From Camelus dromedarius (Eukaryota), in NCBI RefSeq assembly GCF_036321535.1, contig NC_087437.1, positions 86,740,001 to 86,804,000 of the forward strand: DNA of 64,000 bases, in the 5' to 3' direction. Of the stretch, positions 62,935 through 64,000 are shown piece after piece. Position numbers and translations under genes: made by a program. The notes below the pieces were generated by a model. That model did not search any database. It worked only from the letters and a program-made list of their open reading frames with translations, and was not told the DNA's origin. Numbering within the stretch: position 1 is the first letter of the stretch; every line of letters starts with the position of its first letter.

Positions 62935-64000
62935 TTCCCTTGTATATAACTTGTTGCCTTTCCCTTGCTGCTTTTAATATTCTCTACCTTTAATTTTTTC
63001 CATTTTAATTACATTGTGTCTTGGCATGGTCCTCTTTGTGTTGGTCTTGTTTGGGAATCTCTGTGTTTCCTGGACCTAGATCTCTGTTTCCTTTCTCAGG
63101 TTAGGGAAATCTTCAGCTATTATGTCTTCAAATGAGTTCTCTGCCTCTTTCTCTCTCTCTCTCTCTCCTTCTGAACCTCTATAATATGAATATTAATATG
63201 CTTGATGTTGTCTCAGAGGTCTCAAACTGTTCCCTTTTTTTTACATTCTTATTCTCCTCCTCCTCCTCCCCTTACCTCTCCTCATCCTCCTCCTTCTTTT
63301 TGTTCAGGTTGAGTGATTTCCACTACTCTGTCTTCCAGTTTGCTAATTTGTTCCTCTATATCATTTAACCTACTGTTGATTTCTTCTAATTTATTTTTTT
63401 CAGTTATTGTATTCCTCATCTCTGCTTGGTTCTTCCTTACATTTTTAAACTCTTTGATAAACTTCTCACTGTGTTGATCCATTCTCCTGAGTTTTTGAGC
63501 ATCTTTATCTCCATTACTTTGAACTCTTTATCAGGTAGATTCCTTATTTCCACTTAATTTTTCTGTAGTTTTATCTTGTTGCTTCATTGGGAACTTGTTC
63601 CTCTGTTACCTCATTTTGCTTAATTTGTTGTTTTTATTTCTATGTATTTGGTAGGTTGGTTACATTTCCTAGTCTTGGAGAAGTGGCTTTTTGTAGGAGA
63701 CTTCCTTTATATTTCAGCAGCTCATTCCCCTCTGGTCATCAGAGCTATATGCTCTGAGGAGTGCCCCTATGTGGGCTGAGTGAGCCCTTCTGTTGTTGTG
63801 GGTTGACTACTGTGGATGGTGGTAGGTGTGTCTAGTCTCCAGTCTGGTTGTTTTCCAGGCCCTGCCTTGTTTGGAGGATGCCAGCTGCCTTGGGGAGGAC
63901 CCAGGTCATGAGGTGGCCATTGCAGAGCCCCAAGGGTTCCCAGGGCTAGTGCCAGCCCACTGGCGGGCAGAGATGGGTACTAGGGTGGCTGCTTGTGGGT
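62935..64000 (-). mobile_element. LINE-1 ORF1 remnant and part of the 5'UTR, running off the window end
   Basis: ORF 63282-63482 reads KNQAEMRNTITEKNKLEEINSRLNDIEEQISKLEDRVVEITQPEQ (ORF1p coiled coil). GC-rich 5'UTR-like sequence follows 63700. Confidence 0.92.

Overview
AT-rich, CpG-depleted mammalian genomic DNA that looks like a gene desert or a very large intron. I can support no protein-coding exon, structural RNA gene, CRISPR array or prokaryotic system. Three short tRNA-derived SINEs resemble the camelid Vic-1 type, and young L1 tails are of the cetartiodactyl type, so the source is probably a camelid (inference). A large fraction of the window is decayed interspersed repeats: LINE-1, L2, MIR, an LTR16/ERVL/MLT2 nest, MLT1, Tigger1 and hAT-Charlie MERs. 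Most listed ORFs are L1 or Tigger remnants or chance ORFs. Points worth a second look are a ~1.5 kb GC-richer segment with older repeats and an exon-like unit inserted inside an L1, three L1s that keep both ends but lack large internal parts, and a 3'-truncated U2 retrocopy with a target-site duplication. There are also a minus-strand exon-like unit, two repeat-free islands with ORFs open on both strands, and enhancer-like unique blocks. I did not find a demonstrably new biological system. Repeat subfamily names come from recalled consensus sequences, and boundaries are approximate unless a TSD or terminal repeat is quoted.
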